Positions 19,119 to 28,491 of a stretch of DNA of 64,000 bases are shown one piece after another. Position 1 is the first letter of the stretch. The number at the start of each line of letters is the position of its first letter. The notes beneath the pieces are model-generated. The model was not told where the DNA came from. It made no database searches and was given only the letters and a program-made list of their open reading frames with translations. The DNA is from an uncultured Bacilli bacterium (GTDB lineage: Bacteria; Bacillota_I; Bacilli_A; RF39; UBA660): contig CAKOOK010000004.1 of the NCBI GenBank assembly GCA_934098515.1, positions 3,483-67,482 on the forward strand. Direction: 5' to 3'. The translations under genes and the position numbers were made by a program.

Positions 19119-19598
19119 ATGAATATAGTAATTGGTAAAATAGTAAATACTTTTGGTATTAAAGGTGAACTTAAAATAGTTAGTAATTTTGAAATGGCAA
19201 GTCGTGCCTTTAAAAAAGGAAACAAAATAATTATTAATAATAAAGAACGTTTGATAACAAATTCTAGATTTCATCATCATAATTATTTAGTAGAGATAGA
19301 TAATATTAAAGATATTAATGAAGTAACATATTTAATTGGGACAAAAGTATTAATAAATAAAGATGAACTTAAATTAGAAGAAAATGAATACTTAATGTGT
19401 GAACTTAACGGATACACTTTATATAATGAGGATAAGTGTATTGGTAATGTTGATGAAGTAGTGATAAATGAAGTTAATCCTTTAATTAAAGTTAATGGGC
19501 ATTATATTCCACTTCAAAAGAACTTTATTAAAAAAGTAGACGTAAATAACAAAAAAATAATTTGTCAAAATATTGATGAATTAGTAAAAGAGGGATAA
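19119..19598 (+). CDS. rimM: 16S rRNA processing protein RimM
   Basis: IGKIVNTFGIKGELKI N-terminus; precedes trmD. Confidence 0.85.
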   Translation: MNIVIGKIVNTFGIKGELKIVSNFEMASRAFKKGNKIIINNKERLITNSRFHHHNYLVEIDNIKDINEVTYLIGTKVLINKDELKLEENEYLMCELNGYTLYNEDKCIGNVDEVVINEVNPLIKVNGHYIPLQKNFIKKVDVNNKKIICQNIDELVKEG

Positions 19599-19599
19599 C

Positions 19600-20262
19600 A
19601 TGAAAATTACAATTTTATCATTATTTCCAAATATGTTTGATGGATTTCTTACTGAATCTATCATTAAAAGAGCAATTCAAAATGAAAAAGTTGAAGTTAA
19701 AATAATTAATTTTAGAGATTACTCAGTGTATAATAATAAGCAAGTTGATGATACTCCTTATGGTGGGGGAGCCGGAATGGTATTAATGTGCGATCCGATA
19801 TTTAGATGCTTAGATGAAATAAGAACACCTAAATCACATATAATTATTTTAAGCCCAGAAGGAAGTATTTATAATGAAAAAAAGGCAAGAGAACTTTCTA
19901 AATATGAAGATATTATTTTAATTTGCGGTCATTATGAAGGCTTTGATGAAAGAATTAAAACTTTAGCTGATGAAATAATATCGGTAGGAGACTTTATACT
20001 TACTGGTGGAGAAATCCCAGCAATGCTAATTGCAGACTCTATTATAAGACTTCTTCCAGGAGCTATTACTAATGAAAGTCTCGAATCAGAAAGTTTTAAT
20101 GAAAATTTATTAGATTATCCTGTGTACACAAAGCCAGCAGTTTACCGAGATATGAACGTACCAGATATTTTATTATCTGGAGACCATAAAAAAATAGATG
20201 ACTATAGGGAAAGTGAAAGAATCAGACTTACTAAGGAAAAAAGACCTGATTTATTAAAGTAA
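19600..20262 (+). CDS. trmD: tRNA (guanine37-N1)-methyltransferase
   Basis: ILSLFPNMF, DDTPYGGGAGMVL, CGHYEGFDERI, GDFILTGGE. Confidence 0.95.
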   Translation: MKITILSLFPNMFDGFLTESIIKRAIQNEKVEVKIINFRDYSVYNNKQVDDTPYGGGAGMVLMCDPIFRCLDEIRTPKSHIIILSPEGSIYNEKKARELSKYEDIILICGHYEGFDERIKTLADEIISVGDFILTGGEIPAMLIADSIIRLLPGAITNESLESESFNENLLDYPVYTKPAVYRDMNVPDILLSGDHKKIDDYRESERIRLTKEKRPDLLK

Positions 20263-20263
20263 T

Positions 20264-20641
20264 ATGTTAAAGTTAGATAAAAGTAAAAATACGGGGATTA
20301 TATTTATTTATGATCTTGTTGGGTATGAATTTAAAATTAAGAAAAATATTGTTTACATTTTTTATGAGCCTTGGCTTAAAGAAATTTTAAAAAAAGATTT
20401 TGATCCAGAGTATTTAAAATTAGTTGCACGAATTATTTCATTTTTAAATGATGAAACAGATGATGATCCAAATGCGCTTATGGTGGAACTAGAAGAGATG
20501 ACAATGGTTTTCTATAATAAATATGCAAAGTATTTAAGCAAAGATACGATAAAAAAATATTTAAAACAAATAAATATATTAAATAATGAATTAAATCTTT
20601 ATGAGTATAAAAAAGATATTTTATCTTCTAGAAGGCGCTAA
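20264..20641 (+). CDS. hypothetical protein
   Basis: ORF with operon-like spacing. No motif recognised. Confidence 0.4.
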   Translation: MLKLDKSKNTGIIFIYDLVGYEFKIKKNIVYIFYEPWLKEILKKDFDPEYLKLVARIISFLNDETDDDPNALMVELEEMTMVFYNKYAKYLSKDTIKKYLKQINILNNELNLYEYKKDILSSRRR

Positions 20642-20760
20642 AGCACTTGATTTTATATATTAGGTTTGCTATAATAAATGTGCTTTTTGAAAGAAAAGTG
20701 TTATAATCCGCTCAAAACTGAAGATTATAAGAAAAAATAGTTTATAGAAAGGAAATATTT

Positions 20761-21099
20761 ATGAATCTTATTGACAAAATTAATCAAAAACAAATTAAAC
20801 CAAACACTCCTGAATTTCGTGTTGGTGATACAGTAAGAGTTGATGTATGGATCAAAGAAGGTAAGAAAGAAAGAATCCAAGCTTTTGAAGGACTAGTAGT
20901 TTCTAAAAAAGGTGGTTCTGTTTCTGAAAGATTTACTGTAAGAAAGAAAAGTGGAAGTGTTGGCGTATCAAGAGTATTTGCTGTAAACAGCCCTGAAATT
21001 GACAAAATTACTGTTGTTAAAAAAGGTATGGTACGTAGAGCAAAACTTAACTTCTTAAAGGGTATGAAGAAAGAATACAAAGTTAAAGAAAGAAACTAA
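20761..21099 (+). CDS. rplS: 50S ribosomal protein L19
   Basis: FRVGDTVRV...KEGKKERIQAFEG.VI.KKG...ERFTVRK; follows rimM-trmD. Confidence 0.95.
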   Translation: MNLIDKINQKQIKPNTPEFRVGDTVRVDVWIKEGKKERIQAFEGLVVSKKGGSVSERFTVRKKSGSVGVSRVFAVNSPEIDKITVVKKGMVRRAKLNFLKGMKKEYKVKERN

Positions 21100-21127
21100 G
21101 TTAGGATTAAATTCCTAGCTTTTTTTG

Positions 21128-21156
21128 TTTACAAAAAGACTATCATGTTTTATAAT
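21128..21156 (+). promoter_or_regulatory. sigmaA-type promoter of variable-protein paralog 1
   Basis: TTTACA (21128..21133), 17 nt, TATAAT (21151..21156). Confidence 0.5.
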
Positions 21157-21181
21157 TTTAATTATGATAGGAGACAATAAA

Positions 21182-22726
21182 ATGGATAAACAATTAAAAA
21201 AAATATATTTATATATAGGAATATTTGTTGCAATAATCTTTATTGGAGCAACATATGCATTCTTTACTGCCGGAATGAGTTCTGAAACAAGCACCACAGT
21301 AAGAGCAGATGCCGGAACAATGAAAATAACTTATGATGGAGGAAAAGATATAAATCTAGCTGGAATATATCCTAAAGATGATGTATGGGCTACAAAAACT
21401 ATAACTGTAACTGGTAATAATACAACTGATGCACAGATGTATTATAAGTTAACTTTAATAGTAGACTCAAATACATTTAAAACAGATGATCCATTACAAT
21501 ATGAATTAGTAAGTACTAATACAAGTACTAATGGAGAAATAATCCCAAATATATCTAAAAAAGATATAACTGGAACATCTATTGAACTAGGTAGTGGACA
21601 CTTTGTAAAAGCAAATAATGCAAGTCATACATATCTATTAAAGATATATTATCCTAAAAAGGCAACTAGTCAAAATGCAAATCAAGGAGCAGCATTTAGT
21701 GCTCATGTAGAGATAACAAGTGCTAAAGCACCTAAAACTAATGGGAAATTATCAGAATTAGTATTATATAATAATGAAGTTAAAGCTCCAATTACAACAC
21801 CAGGAGCAGCAATATCTACTGCTGATGAAGCACTTTTAGCAAGTGCAGAAGATGATTATGGAACTTCTTATTATTTTAGAGGCGCTGTAACAAATAACTA
21901 TGTAGAATTTGCTAATAAATGCTGGAGAATAGTTAGAGTTGGAGGAGATGGCTCTGTAAAACTTATCTTACACAATGATAATACTGCAGGAGCTGCTAAT
22001 CCTTGTGATGCTGCAAATAATAGTACTAGTGCAGCATTTGCTAGATACAATGGAACAACATATATAAGTGCATTTAATACAAATTATAATGATAATGCAT
22101 ATGTTGGATTTAAGTATGGCACTGCTGGAGCTAGTGATTATGCAACTACTCATGCTAACATAAATAATAGTACAATACTAACTAATTTAGAAACTTGGTA
22201 TGATAATAATCTAAAAATATATGAAAGCGTAATAGATGATAATGTATGGTGTAATGATAAAACAAATGTAACAGATACAACACATGATCCTTGGGGTTGG
22301 TCACCAAATGGTTTGGGTTATGCTAAGAATCTAACTTATTATGGTGCTACACAAAGATTAGTAAGTGCAGGTGCTAGTGCTGGTGGCACGGGTCCAAGTT
22401 TAAAATGTAATGGAGAATTAAGTAAAATAAATTCAAAAATAGGATTAATAACTGCTGATGAATTAGCATATGCAGGATATGCTTATAGTCAAGTTAATAC
22501 TACAACATATTTACAAGAAAATGCTACAGATACTTATTGGTGGTCTTTGTCTCCTATCGGCTTCTATGGCAGCCGTGCTCGCGTTTGGCTCGTTGTCGGC
22601 AGCCTTGGCCGCTTCGATCGCAGCGACGTGGTTGGCACTGACGCGGTTCGTCCTTCGATTTCTCTTAAGTCGACGACCAACGTAACCGGTGAAGGAACCA
22701 GTGATAAACCTTTTGTTGTAGATTAA
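21182..22726 (+). CDS. secreted/surface protein paralog 1 with C-terminal hypervariable lectin-like module (candidate DGR target)
   Basis: ATG 21182 behind the aggaga RBS. N-terminal signal/anchor IGIFVAIIFIGATYAFFTAG...SSETS resembles TasA/camelysin-type signals. The C-terminal ~315 aa is paralogous to 38562..39854 and ends ...YWWSLSP-[31 variable aa]-RPSISLKSTTNVTG. Confidence 0.8.
   Translation: MDKQLKKIYLYIGIFVAIIFIGATYAFFTAGMSSETSTTVRADAGTMKITYDGGKDINLAGIYPKDDVWATKTITVTGNNTTDAQMYYKLTLIVDSNTFKTDDPLQYELVSTNTSTNGEIIPNISKKDITGTSIELGSGHFVKANNASHTYLLKIYYPKKATSQNANQGAAFSAHVEITSAKAPKTNGKLSELVLYNNEVKAPITTPGAAISTADEALLASAEDDYGTSYYFRGAVTNNYVEFANKCWRIVRVGGDGSVKLILHNDNTAGAANPCDAANNSTSAAFARYNGTTYISAFNTNYNDNAYVGFKYGTAGASDYATTHANINNSTILTNLETWYDNNLKIYESVIDDNVWCNDKTNVTDTTHDPWGWSPNGLGYAKNLTYYGATQRLVSAGASAGGTGPSLKCNGELSKINSKIGLITADELAYAGYAYSQVNTTTYLQENATDTYWWSLSPIGFYGSRARVWLVVGSLGRFDRSDVVGTDAVRPSISLKSTTNVTGEGTSDKPFVVD
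22556..22648 (+). other. hypervariable, GC-rich, A-depleted 93-nt core (VR-like) of paralog 1
   Basis: Hand count: 59/93 G+C and 9 A. 41/93 mismatches to 39684..39776, then 42 identical nt (22649..22690). Confidence 0.75.
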
Positions 22727-22745
22727 TTTATTTAGTAGGAGTGTT

Positions 22746-23969
22746 ATGAATATTATTGATATAATTACTAAGAAGAAGAACAAGCAAGTGTTAAATTATG
22801 AAGAACTGAAATATGCTTTTGATGGGTTTTTAAATAATAAAATTAAAGATTATCAAATGAGTGCTTTGCTTATGGCAATAACTATTAATGGGATGACTTA
22901 TGAAGAGACTTTGGATCTGACTGATATTTTTATTAAGAGTGGTGAGGTTTATACGTTTGATAAGCCGGTATGTGATAAGCATAGTACTGGGGGAATTGGT
23001 GATACTGTTACTTTAATAATTGCTCCTATTGTAGCTGCTTTAAATGTGCCAATGGCTAAGATGAGTGGTAGAGGTTTAGGCATTACTGGCGGTACTATAG
23101 ATAAGTTAGAAAGTATTCCTGGATTTAATGTTAATTTGACTAAGGATGAGTTTTATAAGGGAGTTAAGGAGATAGGCTTAGCCGTTAGTTCTCAGACTAA
23201 AAGTTTAGTTCCACTAGATAAGGTTATATATTCTTTAAGGGATGTTACTGGTACTACGGAAAGTATTCCTCTTATTGCTTCGTCTATTATGAGTAAGAAG
23301 ATTGCTTCTGGAGCTACATATATTGTAATTGATATTAAGTGTGGTGAAGGTGCTCTTATTAAGAGTGAAAAGGACGCTGAGGAATTATCCTTGTATTTGA
23401 CTAAGATAGGTGAGCATTTTGGAAGAAATGTTAAAACACTTATTACTGATATGGATGAGCCTTTATCTAGTGCGGTTGGTAATGCTTTAGAGGTTTTAGA
23501 GGCTAAAGAAGTGCTTGAAACTAATAAGCTATGTAGGCTTAGAGAGGTGTCTTTAGAGGTATCTGCTAATATTATAAGTATGGCTAAGAATATTAAGGTG
23601 AGTGAAGCTAAGATATTGTGTGCTAAGGTTTTAGAAAATAAGACTGCGTATAAGATGTTTGAGAAGTGGATTAGCTACCAACATGGTGATTTGAGTAAAG
23701 TTAAAGTAAGTGATAAGATTATTAAACTTAAAAGTAATAAAGATGGTGTTATAACTAAAATAAGTGCTTTAAAGGTTGGTAAGCTTGCTGGATTACTTGG
23801 AGCTAGTCGTAAGACTAAAGAGGATAATATTGATTATAGTGTTGGGGTTAAGTTGTTATGTGAGGCTGGAGATAGTGTTATAAAGGGACAGGATTTAGCT
23901 TTATTATATGTTAATGATTTGAATGTTAAATTAGATGAAGAAGATTTAAAAATATTTGAAATAAAATAG
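22746..23969 (+). CDS. pdp: pyrimidine-nucleoside phosphorylase
   Basis: DKHSTGGIGD, SGRGLGITGGTIDKLES, typical length of ~407 aa. Confidence 0.9.
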   Translation: MNIIDIITKKKNKQVLNYEELKYAFDGFLNNKIKDYQMSALLMAITINGMTYEETLDLTDIFIKSGEVYTFDKPVCDKHSTGGIGDTVTLIIAPIVAALNVPMAKMSGRGLGITGGTIDKLESIPGFNVNLTKDEFYKGVKEIGLAVSSQTKSLVPLDKVIYSLRDVTGTTESIPLIASSIMSKKIASGATYIVIDIKCGEGALIKSEKDAEELSLYLTKIGEHFGRNVKTLITDMDEPLSSAVGNALEVLEAKEVLETNKLCRLREVSLEVSANIISMAKNIKVSEAKILCAKVLENKTAYKMFEKWISYQHGDLSKVKVSDKIIKLKSNKDGVITKISALKVGKLAGLLGASRKTKEDNIDYSVGVKLLCEAGDSVIKGQDLALLYVNDLNVKLDEEDLKIFEIK

Positions 23970-24033
23970 ATAATCTTCTTTTTTTTGTGAGTTACATGTG
24001 ATATACTAATTGTATATGATAGGGGAGGCTAGT

Positions 24034-24345
24034 ATGAGTAAGAAAGGGCAAGCACTTATTGAGTTTATTTTGATTATGCCGGTTATGGTTTATCTTATAT
24101 TGGTGTTTGTGGATTTTTCTTTGATACTAAGTACTAAGAATAAGTTAGAGAATAATGTTAGTAATTTAGTTATGGAGTATAAGGAAACGGGCTTATGCCC
24201 TGAAGGGGCTTTGTGTGAATCTAGTGATAAGTATGAAAAGATTGCTCTTAGAGAGAAATATGTTCCTAAAACTCCTGGTCTAAGTTTAATCCTTAAAGAA
24301 CCTTATTATATTAAAAGTGAAAGAGTGGTTTTAAAGGATGAATAA
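24034..24345 (+). CDS. TadE-like pseudopilin/pilus assembly protein
   Basis: N-terminus KKGQALIEFILIMPVMVYLIL (G/xxxxEF-type TadE motif). First gene of the Tad-like operon; extended -10 tgatatact upstream. Confidence 0.6.
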   Translation: MSKKGQALIEFILIMPVMVYLILVFVDFSLILSTKNKLENNVSNLVMEYKETGLCPEGALCESSDKYEKIALREKYVPKTPGLSLILKEPYYIKSERVVLKDE

Positions 24346-24661
24346 AAAAGCTCAGGCACTTGCACTTTTTATTACGATAATTCCAGTTATATTCATTGTT
24401 ATTATCTTTGTTTATGAGTCTGGTGTATTTGTAAATGAGAAAAATCGTGTTCTAGGTGTTCTTGATAGTACAGTTGAAGAAGCTAAGAGATATGATTTAA
24501 GTGATGATGAGATAATAGATTTATTAAATAAAAATAGTATTCGTAAAGAAGATATAGAGATAGTTAATCATGAAGGGATAAAGACAATTATTATTAAAGT
24601 TAAATATCCGGTAATAAATAAAACTTATGAGATAAAAACAAAGATGAAGGAGGCAGAATAA
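24338..24661 (+). CDS. small membrane-anchored protein of Tad-like operon (TadE/TadF-like, tentative)
   Basis: N-terminal hydrophobic segment KKAQALALFITIIPVIFIVIIFV; overlapping start. Confidence 0.4.
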   Translation: MNKKAQALALFITIIPVIFIVIIFVYESGVFVNEKNRVLGVLDSTVEEAKRYDLSDDEIIDLLNKNSIRKEDIEIVNHEGIKTIIIKVKYPVINKTYEIKTKMKEAE

Positions 24662-25404
24662 TGGCTAGAGGAACAAGTATAGCGGTCTTTGGTGCTAAGG
24701 GTGGAACTGGTAAGACTATTTTTGCACTTAATTTGGCTGGTGCTATGTCTAAGCTTGATAAGAAATGTTTGATTATTGATGCTGATCTTTATTCAGGACA
24801 AATAGATTGTGCTCTTAATAAGAAACCAAAAAAAGATATATATAATTTTGCAGATGATTATAGTAATAATCGTTATAAAGATTTTGAAGATTATGTTACG
24901 GTTTATAATAAAAATATTTCTTTTATTGGGGCTCCTACTGATCCTAGAAGAGCTAATAAGATTGATCCTAAGTATTTAAGTATAATTTTAGATAAGGCTC
25001 TTTTTAAGTATGATTTTGTTATATTTGATATGTCACATATATTAAATGAGGTTAATGTTAATATTTTGGATATGGTTGATAAGATTTTACTTGTTACGAC
25101 TAATGATCCACTAGATTTAAAGAATTTAAAGACAGTTCTAAGTTTATTTAAGGATAGTAGTATAAATAAGTATAAGGTTATTTTAAATGATTCAGTGGCA
25201 AATAATCGTGATTATTTTTCTTTATATGATTTAAAGGTGATTATTGATAATAATATTGATTATATTATAAGTAATAAGTTTTATGTACCTAATATGGATG
25301 CTTATGTGTTTGATGGGAAGATTTTTACTCTTGAGGCTAGAAAGTATCCTGATGAGGATGTGTTTAATTTGATTATTAAGGATGCAGGTGGTAAAGATGA
25401 GTAA
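24661..25404 (+). CDS. CpaE/TadZ-like ParA/MinD-family ATPase
   Basis: Deviant Walker A FGAKGGTGKT; position upstream of the CpaF-like ATPase. Confidence 0.75.
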   Translation: MARGTSIAVFGAKGGTGKTIFALNLAGAMSKLDKKCLIIDADLYSGQIDCALNKKPKKDIYNFADDYSNNRYKDFEDYVTVYNKNISFIGAPTDPRRANKIDPKYLSIILDKALFKYDFVIFDMSHILNEVNVNILDMVDKILLVTTNDPLDLKNLKTVLSLFKDSSINKYKVILNDSVANNRDYFSLYDLKVIIDNNIDYIISNKFYVPNMDAYVFDGKIFTLEARKYPDEDVFNLIIKDAGGKDE

Positions 25405-26716
25405 AAGCTTAACTGAGAATTTTGATTTTAAGCCAATATATAATGCTGAGGATAGTATAGTTAGTGATTATGAGGTATTTAAAGATAAGAAGTTACTTGA
25501 TAATCTTAGAAAGATAATTATTGAGGATTTGATTGATAAGGAGATACCTACTAATAAGGAGTTAAGTGAGTTTGTTAATGAGGAGATTGATAGGTGTTTA
25601 GAGGGATATGATTTAACTAATTTGGAGAGAAATCATATATTTAATTTGATTGAATCAGAGATAAATGGTTATGGACCGATTACTGAGCTTTTAAATGATC
25701 CTAATGTTACAGAGATTATGGTTAATGGACCTAGTGAGGTTTATGTAGAGATTGATGGTAAGTTAGTTAAGGATACTAGTGTTTCTTTTATTAATGATAA
25801 TCACATAGAGCGTACTATTCAAAGGCTTATTCAGCCTCTAGGAAGAACTATTGATAGTTCTAATCCTATGGTAGATTCTAGGCTTAAGGATGGGTCAAGA
25901 ATTAATGCGGTATTGCCTCCTTTAAGTGTAAATGGGCCGGTTATTACTATACGTAAGTTTAAGCATAATATGACTAAGGTAGAGGATTTGCTTAGAGTTG
26001 GTACTATGACTACTGATATGGCTAAATTTTTAGAGGCGTGTGTTAGAGGAAAACTTAATATTATTGTTTGTGGTGGAACTGGTTCTGGTAAGACGACTCT
26101 TTTAAATATTATAAGTGGTTTTATTGGAAATGATGAACGTATTATTACAATAGAGGATGCTGCTGAGTTAAAGTTAGAACAGGAACATGTTATATCGCTT
26201 GAAACAAGAACTGCTAATTATAATAAGGGGAGTGTTGTTACTGTTAGAGATTTGGTTATTAATGCTCTTCGTATGAGGCCAGATAGAATAATTGTTGGAG
26301 AATGTCGTGGTAAAGAGGCTTTTGATATGTTACAAGCAATGAATACTGGACATGATGGATCACTTACTACGTTACATGCTAATAGTCCAGAAGATGCTTT
26401 AAATAGATTAGAGACTTTAGTGCTTATGAGTGGTATTGATATTCCAATTAAAGCAGTTAGGGAATATATTGAAAATGCAATAAATATTGTTGTAAATATT
26501 CAAAGAATGCATGATGGTAAAAGAAAAATAACTTCTATATGTGAAGTTGATGGGTTTGATAAAGATATGATTAAACTTATTCCTATATTTGAGTTTGTTC
26601 AAATGGGACTTACAGATACTGGTGAGGAAAGAGGAGAGTTTACTTGTAAGAATAAAAAACCTAATGTTGCTAAATTACTTAAATCAAGGGGAATTAAATT
26701 AGATATGCTTAAATAG
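25397..26716 (+). CDS. tadA: CpaF/TadA-type secretion ATPase (type II/IV secretion NTPase family)
   Basis: Walker [10 protein letters not shown], Asp box ITIEDAAEL, Walker [13 protein letters not shown], His box [13 protein letters not shown]. Confidence 0.9.
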   Translation: MSKSLTENFDFKPIYNAEDSIVSDYEVFKDKKLLDNLRKIIIEDLIDKEIPTNKELSEFVNEEIDRCLEGYDLTNLERNHIFNLIESEINGYGPITELLNDPNVTEIMVNGPSEVYVEIDGKLVKDTSVSFINDNHIERTIQRLIQPLGRTIDSSNPMVDSRLKDGSRINAVLPPLSVNGPVITIRKFKHNMTKVEDLLRVGTMTTDMAKFLEACVRGKLNIIVCGGTGSGKTTLLNIISGFIGNDERIITIEDAAELKLEQEHVISLETRTANYNKGSVVTVRDLVINALRMRPDRIIVGECRGKEAFDMLQAMNTGHDGSLTTLHANSPEDALNRLETLVLMSGIDIPIKAVREYIENAINIVVNIQRMHDGKRKITSICEVDGFDKDMIKLIPIFEFVQMGLTDTGEERGEFTCKNKKPNVAKLLKSRGIKLDMLK

Positions 26717-26730
26717 AAAGGAGTACTTTT

Positions 26731-27729
26731 ATGGATAAGATATTAAAACTTGCTATATTTATAAGTGCGATTATTTTACTTTTAGTAATTGCTATTTATG
26801 AAATTTTAAAGATTAGAAGAACGATTAAAATAGCTAATAGAATAGATAAGTTTACTCTTAAGGTTCCAGGTAATAGTGAACCAACTATTGGCGATGATTT
26901 TAATAAAAGTGTTAATGCTTTAATTAGTAAGATGAGTAGTATTTTATCTAGAAGTGCATACTTTACTAAAAGAGCATGTAAATATGATAAGTATGTTACG
27001 ATAAAGAAGAATTCTAATTATAAGTTTGATGTTTATAGTATTAAGATTTTAATTAGTATTTTGGTTTTTATAATATATACTTTAACTTCTGTTTTAAATA
27101 GAACTTTTGAGTTACCACTTGGATTAGTTTTTTTGGTACTGGGATATTTTGTTACAGATATTTATTTGGAGATTTTAAATCAAATTAGAATAAAGAATAT
27201 TGAAGGTGATTTGCTTAAAGCAATTATTATTATGAATAATGCTTTTAAGTCAGGGTTAAATATTACTAATGCGATTGATGTTGTTATAAATGATTTAGAT
27301 GGTCCAGTAAAGGATGAGTTTATGCTTATTAAGAAAGATTTATCTAGTGGTATAGATACATCTGAGGCTTTTAATCGTTTTTATAGGAGAGTAAGGTTAG
27401 AAGATGCTCAGTATATATCTAGTAGTTTAAGTATTTTAAATGTTACTGGAGGTAATATTACATTTATTTTTTCAAATATTGAGGAGGCTTTAACTAATAA
27501 GAAGAGGCTTAAGGATGAACTTAAAGCGATGACAGCATCTAGTATGGTTGTTTATCGAATTCTTACTTTTATGCCATTTATATTAATTTTTATTATTTTA
27601 ATGCTTAACAAGGATTATTTTAATCCATTATTTAATAATGTATTAGGTATATTTGCAATTGTTTTGGTTCTTGTTCTTTATACAATATATATCTTTGTTA
27701 TTAGAAAGATTCTTAAGGTGGAGTTATGA
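26731..27729 (+). CDS. tadB: TadB-like (type II secretion system F family) membrane protein
   Basis: T2SSF-like domain with flanking TM segments; operon position. Confidence 0.7.
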   Translation: MDKILKLAIFISAIILLLVIAIYEILKIRRTIKIANRIDKFTLKVPGNSEPTIGDDFNKSVNALISKMSSILSRSAYFTKRACKYDKYVTIKKNSNYKFDVYSIKILISILVFIIYTLTSVLNRTFELPLGLVFLVLGYFVTDIYLEILNQIRIKNIEGDLLKAIIIMNNAFKSGLNITNAIDVVINDLDGPVKDEFMLIKKDLSSGIDTSEAFNRFYRRVRLEDAQYISSSLSILNVTGGNITFIFSNIEEALTNKKRLKDELKAMTASSMVVYRILTFMPFILIFIILMLNKDYFNPLFNNVLGIFAIVLVLVLYTIYIFVIRKILKVEL

Positions 27730-28427
27730 GAAGTGTTACATTAAAATTATTTAGTAATAAAACTATTTCAAGGTTTAAGAAGAAAAGTATGGCTTTAGGA
27801 ATTAAGAATAAGAGTTCTTATGTAAGTGATTTAAGTTTATATCTTTTGATAATTATTATTGCTTTTGTTGTTAGTATCATGTTTTGTTATCATAGGTTTT
27901 ATCTTATAATATTATTACCAATTGGAGCAGCTTTGCTATTTGAGTTTTTGTATTATGATGTAAGACTTGCTAAGAGAAGAGCACTTCTAAATAAGCAGGC
28001 GTTATTCTTTTTTCAAATTTTAAGTTTGACTTTGGAGTCTGGTAATAATTTAAAGGGTGCTATTGAGCTTACTACGTCAAGTATATCTAATGATTTATCT
28101 GATGAATTTAAGAAAGCACTTAGTGATATGAGGATGGGTAGTACAATGAATGAAGCATTACTAGATTTAGAGAAAAGAATTCCTAGTGAGGTAATTACTA
28201 ATATTATATTAAATTTAACTGAGTCTAATGTTTATGGTAGTGATATGATTAAGAGTCTTAATACTCAGATAGATTATTTAAATAATAAACTTGTATTAAG
28301 TGTTAGGGAACAAATTAATAAGATGCCAATTAAGATAAGTGTAGTTAGTGTTCTATTATTTATTCCAATAATTTTACTTATTATTTTATCGCCACTTATT
28401 ATAGAGTTAATTGGATTGTCAAATTAA
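27726..28427 (+). CDS. tadC: TadC-like (type II secretion system F family) membrane protein
   Basis: T2SSF-like domain with TM segments at both ends; overlapping start with the tadB-like gene. Confidence 0.65.
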   Translation: MRSVTLKLFSNKTISRFKKKSMALGIKNKSSYVSDLSLYLLIIIIAFVVSIMFCYHRFYLIILLPIGAALLFEFLYYDVRLAKRRALLNKQALFFFQILSLTLESGNNLKGAIELTTSSISNDLSDEFKKALSDMRMGSTMNEALLDLEKRIPSEVITNIILNLTESNVYGSDMIKSLNTQIDYLNNKLVLSVREQINKMPIKISVVSVLLFIPIILLIILSPLIIELIGLSN

Positions 28428-28456
28428 AACATATATTTTGCGTATATGTTTTTTTC
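28428..28456 (+). terminator. rho-independent terminator after the Tad-like operon
   Basis: aacatata-ttttgcg-tatatgtt plus T6. Confidence 0.7.
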
Positions 28457-28491
28457 ATGGTATACTTTACTATAGAGTGTAGGTGACGAAA

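Noticed and set aside
20642-20760. Possible ribosomal protein L19 leader upstream of rplS
   Set aside because: A promoter-like TTGATT...TGCTATAAT is visible, but I could not identify a convincing conserved structure by eye. A covariance-model search would be needed.
22531-22690. GC-rich patch as a horizontally acquired fragment or assembly chimera
   Set aside because: The patch is in frame and has exactly the same length in both paralogs. It is flanked on both sides by homologous AT-rich coding sequence. Its mismatches follow a codon-position-1/2 and A-avoidance pattern that a foreign insertion would not produce.
22470-22783. Alternative-frame ORFs over the paralog 1 GC-rich patch (22470..22685 +, 22511..22783 -)
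   Set aside because: They exist only because the locally GC-rich, stop-poor VR-like segment opens other frames. They have no RBS, and they fully overlap a well-supported CDS whose frame is conserved with the paralog.
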